A stretch of DNA of 64,000 bases. Origin: Kondoa subrosea (Eukaryota). Positions 59,234 to 64,000 of this stretch are shown one piece after another; position 1 is the stretch's first letter, and each line of letters opens with the position of its first letter. Both the position numbers and the translations under genes were made by a program. Where the stretch lies: assembly GCA_039545335.1 (NCBI GenBank), contig BCIN01000002.1, forward strand, positions 124,001-188,000. The letters run 5' to 3'. A model generated the notes under the pieces. It ran no database searches. It was given only the letters and a program-made list of their open reading frames with translations, and was not told the origin of the DNA.

Positions 59234-62200
59234 TCATATTCGGCAATCCTCGCACTCTTTATCGCTATGCAGCCTGGGCAGATCGCTTGGATCGAGCAAC
59301 AGCTCAGCAACTTCTCTTGCGTCTCCATCAAATTCATCAGCTTTCGTCGAAGTCATAGCGACCTCGTCTTCTTGCTCCAGTGCTGGTTGCTCTTTGTCTG
59401 AAACAAAGAGAGATTGCTTGCTGGTTGCTTTAGTCTCAACTATACGCGCTTCGACAGAAGCGGCGATAAGCTATATCACGGAACACAATTCAGCATTTGT
59501 CAATCCGTTCGTGAGCAATCGACAAACATATTGAAAAACATCGGTTTCCTGAGTCTGACCGATCCTATGAACTCGACCTACAGCTTGAAGTTCTATGGCT
59601 GAGTTTAAGAGTGGCTCAAAGAATATGACATATTGAGCTGCAACGAGATTTAGACCGGCAGCTTGAGATTTGGCATGCAAGACAAAAACTGCAGCATCGG
59701 GATCTGTCGCGAAAGAAATGACTGCTTTGCTTCGAGGTCCTTTGTCCAGTCGAACATAGCCAACACCAGCTTCTTTTAGGGCGAGCATGCATACTTCTAG
59801 CCCTGCAGACCAAGCAGAGAAAAGAAGGATTTTGGCATCGTGCTTGGTTTGTCGAATCGAAACGATGTGTTTGACTATACAGAGACTATTGAGTGCGATA
59901 ATGCGAAGAGATGTGAATGCTTGCCGATCGTATCAATCTTAACGCCAACTTCTCTTGAACCGTGCTGAGTGGCTTGAATCTTTACAACTTCTTCGTCTGA
60001 CATGTAGTTTAAGCCATTAGATTCGTTCGGTTTTATATCATTTGATGTGTCTTCGAGCTGTCGGACCTTCTCCGTCTTCAATTGACCGCTTGAGCGGACT
60101 GTCGACCAGGCTGTTCATTGAACGACGGTAACAGAATAGTAAAACTGCTCACTTTTGAAATAGCTGTCGTTCGGAATCTTGCTCTTACACAAGGGACAGG
60201 TTCTGCTGTTTTTCAGCCATTGCGACAGACAAGCTCGGCAAAAGATGTGACCACAGTGTGTTAGAACGCCTGCATATAGGCTGAGCGAGCAAACGGTTGC
60301 ATTGCATGAGACTCACCTTGGTTAGTGATGGCATCGTCACATATTGTGCAAGGTGCTGTAGCGGCAGATTCGGCTGCAAGATGTTTGAGCTGTCACAAAT
60401 CAGTTCCGACTATTACATTACTCTAGCAATGCTCACATAGCTGCCGTGCGAACTGAAAGCTTTTGCAGCGGCTGTATTGGTCGCTGCATCCAAACAGATA
60501 TAAGTAGGGAGTGGCCGCAGTGAACGGGAATTTTAACCTTCTTCGACTGTACATCTCTTGATCTCGCCTAGAAAAGTTTTTGCTTTGTTGTTTTCTTTGT
60601 CATTCGTCATATCAAAATCTTGCTAAGCAATAGTCGACAATAGCATCAGCATGAACGGGCAGAGAAACAAGATTGCTTACGACTGAATCAGAGATCGACT
60701 GCAAGCGAGCGAAGTACTGGAATCTCGCTGTCGACAGTGGTCCGAAATCTCGAGCCAGCTCGGTCTCTAGGGACCCACAAGCATCTATAATCTCTAAAAT
60801 CAGGGCAAAAAAGAATCGGTTAGGCGACCAATCACTGCATACCTTCGGCGGCATATAGCTAAAATACCCTTTAGTAAATGCACACAAATTGTACTGATCA
60901 AGACGCACAGCTCTTTCTACAGAAGCGCGAACCTCCACCGATAATTCAGCATCGAGTAGAATTGGCTTTATAGTCTTGAGCGAAGGACCTTTCGAAGCCA
61001 AGCGAAGCTCCAGCAATTGCAGGAATAGATTTTCACCAGGATCTTCCGAGTTAAGTACGATAGAAGAAGCGCCATTCAGCAATTTTTGAAAAGTGACTTT
61101 GCCATTGGCTCTCAATCTTGTACCCAAAGCGCTCGTGAACTCGTCAGCGAGAACCGGCCGACGACCAGAAAGAATTTCCCGGACATCGGCTCTACGACAA
61201 AGTCAGCGAGTTGAATAATTCTGATTGAGAGGAACACAGACAGGGCTTGTCTGTAGAAATCGAGATGAAGATCAATCTTTTCTTGCTGAGCCGCTTGATT
61301 TGAGTAGTCATCCGTCTCTTCCTGCAGGTCTTCTTCAGCTTTCAATGACCGACAGAGCATACTGAGAAGATCTTCTCGCCAAGCTATCAAGAGCTTAGAA
61401 AGTCTGCCAAGCTGTTTGATAGCATTGAAGAGATTTTTGGAACTTTTGCAAGAAGATAGAACAGAGGCAGGTGTCTAGCTGTACCATCATACACAAGCTC
61501 CTGGTATAGGACCGAAACGCACCAGTAAGCGATCCAGTTGCTTAGCCATATCTTGCCTTTGGGACTCGTTGCGAGCTACTGCGGACTCAACAGCATCTTT
61601 TTCGTTTGCTAGCATCTGATGTCGCACTTGAGCGCATTCAAAACGGTAAGAAACATTCGTACCTTGTTCCTCAGGACTTCAGCTTCTTCATATGTAGCGG
61701 CTTCAGCCTCGCTGTTGCTCGAGCCAATAGTAAAGAGTGCGTTGCCTTTATAGAACAATGCAGAGTGGAGTAGAAGACAGGTCTCATAAAGTCCAGGTTT
61801 CGCCTATGCGGTTTCGTGAGCTCAGCAAGTCGATATGGAGATGGCAAACAGACTGACTATAGCTGGTGTACCGACGATCTGCTCTGACGCTTCAGGCTTG
61901 AGCGCCTCGATATCGCTGACGACATGTTTCAGTTCCGCTATTGCTTGATCGAAGATAGTGACAGAGCGTTCGAGACCTTCGCAATCTTCCTTGAAATGGA
62001 TTTGAGATGACACTCAATTAACAAGGTAAATGTTAACTTACCCGATCTCTAGAAGTAAGATGCCCTCTTACGATCATATGGCCAAGTTTTGCCCTAAGAG
62101 CAGAATGCTGTTGACTTCTATTCTCTTTGATCATTTGCGCGAGCGTCTCCTGAAGAGTCATGATCTGCTTTGGACCGCCTAAATTGAACTCAGCATGCTG

Positions 62201-64000
62201 CCACAGGAACGAAAAGAAAGATTACCTGTTTCTGAAACGATTGGTGGTAAACTGCAAGTCTGGCGTAGTCGGGTCAACCAAGACATCTACAATAAGGTCT
62301 TAAATCAGTCTTGCCACAGAAGATGATGAAAAAGCTTACCATCTTTTGTCTACTTATGTGTAGATCGGCGTCCGCTGTAGCGTCTTTGAGCATTTTGCCT
62401 GATAGATCCATCAGAGCTTGATTATATTGATCTGAGCAGACATCAGCGTGTAAATCGGCAATCTGAGTTGAAAGCCATACCAACATATCGCAAGCGCTCA
62501 ACCGGATCATGCTTGACTCGGACCAAATGAAAGCGTTGTTTCGGTACGCTTAATTGCTCTGCAACTGAAGCTTTCGTCGTTCTAATACAGAGTTGCTGTA
62601 AAAGTTGGCATAGGATATATTGATTCTTGACCAGGAGAAGTTGATCGAAGAGCAGCTTTTCTTGATGTTCTGGCCAAATTTGGAGAAATCGTAAAAGAGG
62701 TCGTAGTTCCTGCAAAGAACTGGAAATCGGTGTGCCCGACATAGCCCAAGAATACTTGCGGTACAAGGTTGACGCAACTTCCTGTCCATCTCGTCAGCTC
62801 AAAAGCAGGTTAAGGAATGCAATAACTTGCCGAAACTTGGGATGCTGAACTACCCATCATTTGCACCTCGTCCATACCTTCCAGATAAATGAGCATTGAG
62901 GCATAAGGTGAAGTAGCAGATAGCTCACAAACTCGCAACCAGTCAGCTTGACAAAGTGGACTCCTCTTCAAAGTTGATTTGCCTGACCGCAGCTGCCTTC
63001 CAGGTTGCGGTCTGACATAGAAGACTACAACCATACATTAGCGGTTGGAAAATCGCTCACTATATGACTCTGCATTCACCTTCCTTCGATAAGATATCAA
63101 AAGAGCATAACACGACATCGTGATCTCTATTCCAGTCAAGAACCGAAACATCTTCTTTAGTCTTGTTCATGCCCTATATCAAGCCAAATCAGACGCGGGA
63201 AAGTTCCAAACACAATGCTAATACCTGATAAACATGGATTCGGAGGCTTGGAGCATGCCTAGCGAATTCAGCACACCATTGATTGAGAATAGCTGGAGGA
63301 CAAAGAATCAGAGTGAGAGAAGTAGGTTGAACATCCATTTCAAGCCGATTGTCTCTATAAGTTGGTAGCAGATATCTATTAGGTTGACGATCTTCTTGAC
63401 TACATCAGGATCCGTAATCACCATCAAATTGTAGGTTACTCACGAAGACATATTAAGGATATCATTTCTACAGTCTTGCCAAGACCCATTTCTTCAAGCA
63501 GCATTCCTTTTCCAGTAATACTTTCAGGTTTCGAAAGCTTAATATCGCCGGATAGCGAATTAAGCCATACTTGATGCGGCACTTCATCAATCATAGGGAT
63601 CTCATCTAATTGTTGCCAAAGCGGATTATCAGGTTGAGGAGCAAGAGGATGGTGATGACCTTCTTTAGCTAACATCCAAGACACCGAAGCACTTTGAAAG
63701 GGAAGAAGAGTGCAATCGGGCATGTCTGCACAATGGATTGTTTGTTCCGATTGCGCAGGTTGCGGTAAGAGATGATAGAACGCTGGTATAGGGAGGGGAC
63801 GTGGCTCATCTTCTTCGATAATAGAAGACGGAAAGAGTAGACCGAGTAGTCTAGATCGCTGATGGTGATGCTTATACTGGAATTTGCTAGCCGACAGAAA
63901 TGATTGAGGTACATCGATATACACATCGACTTTGAGACCGTTGCTGTGGATTATTGAGCCAACGAGTCTGGACTCCAGGGTCACCGCTAGATCTTTCGTT
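59234..64000 (-). CDS. SNF2-family helicase/RING E3 ligase (SHPRH/Irc20-like), 5' end beyond the window
   Basis: Motif I LLEEMGLGKT; MDEVQ; WAMSGTP; RING CTIC...CGHIFCRAC...CPLC; helicase-C AAGLNL...EP...QAVGRVHRIGQ. Confidence 0.9.

Noticed and set aside
1..64000. Transposons, rRNA/tRNA, CRISPR, TPP riboswitch, secondary-metabolite or mating-type cluster
   Set aside because: No transposase/RT motifs, terminal repeats, cloverleaves, arrays, riboswitch consensus, backbone synthases, or pheromone/homeodomain genes were recognised.

Overview
A compact, intron-rich fungal window. It is a basidiomycete by inference from short ~45-70 nt GT(GC)-AG introns with CTRAY branch points and basidiomycete-type gene architectures. 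About 30 protein-coding genes were reconstructed by splicing the ORF fragments by hand, so exon boundaries are manual estimates. Recognisable products include Sld7-like, DUF4203, KDM3-like JmjC demethylase, macrodomain, PHD+GATA, Fe-ADH, Spa2, peroxisomal ANT, DH-BAR-SH3 RhoGEF, Rieske/AIF-like oxidoreductase, Pho80-type cyclin, penta-EF-hand, DUF3455, DPBB-GH16 fusion, Ams2/Spt21-GATA, MYND, ADP1 ABCG, SNF5, PNPO-like, DnaJ and SHPRH/Irc20. No rRNA, tRNA, CRISPR array or transposon was recognised. Main highlights: (1) a spliceosomal intron in the AIF-like gene is a 52-nt tandem duplicate (43/52 identical) of the next exon, with a second in-register case at the ABC Walker A motif, suggesting intron birth by tandem duplication; (2) a ~1.2 kb hairpin-dense non-coding tract is a candidate structured ncRNA; (3) a x[FY]HPxxNxx repeat protein is broken by frameshifts; (4) a 4-nt microexon sits in an iron-binding motif.
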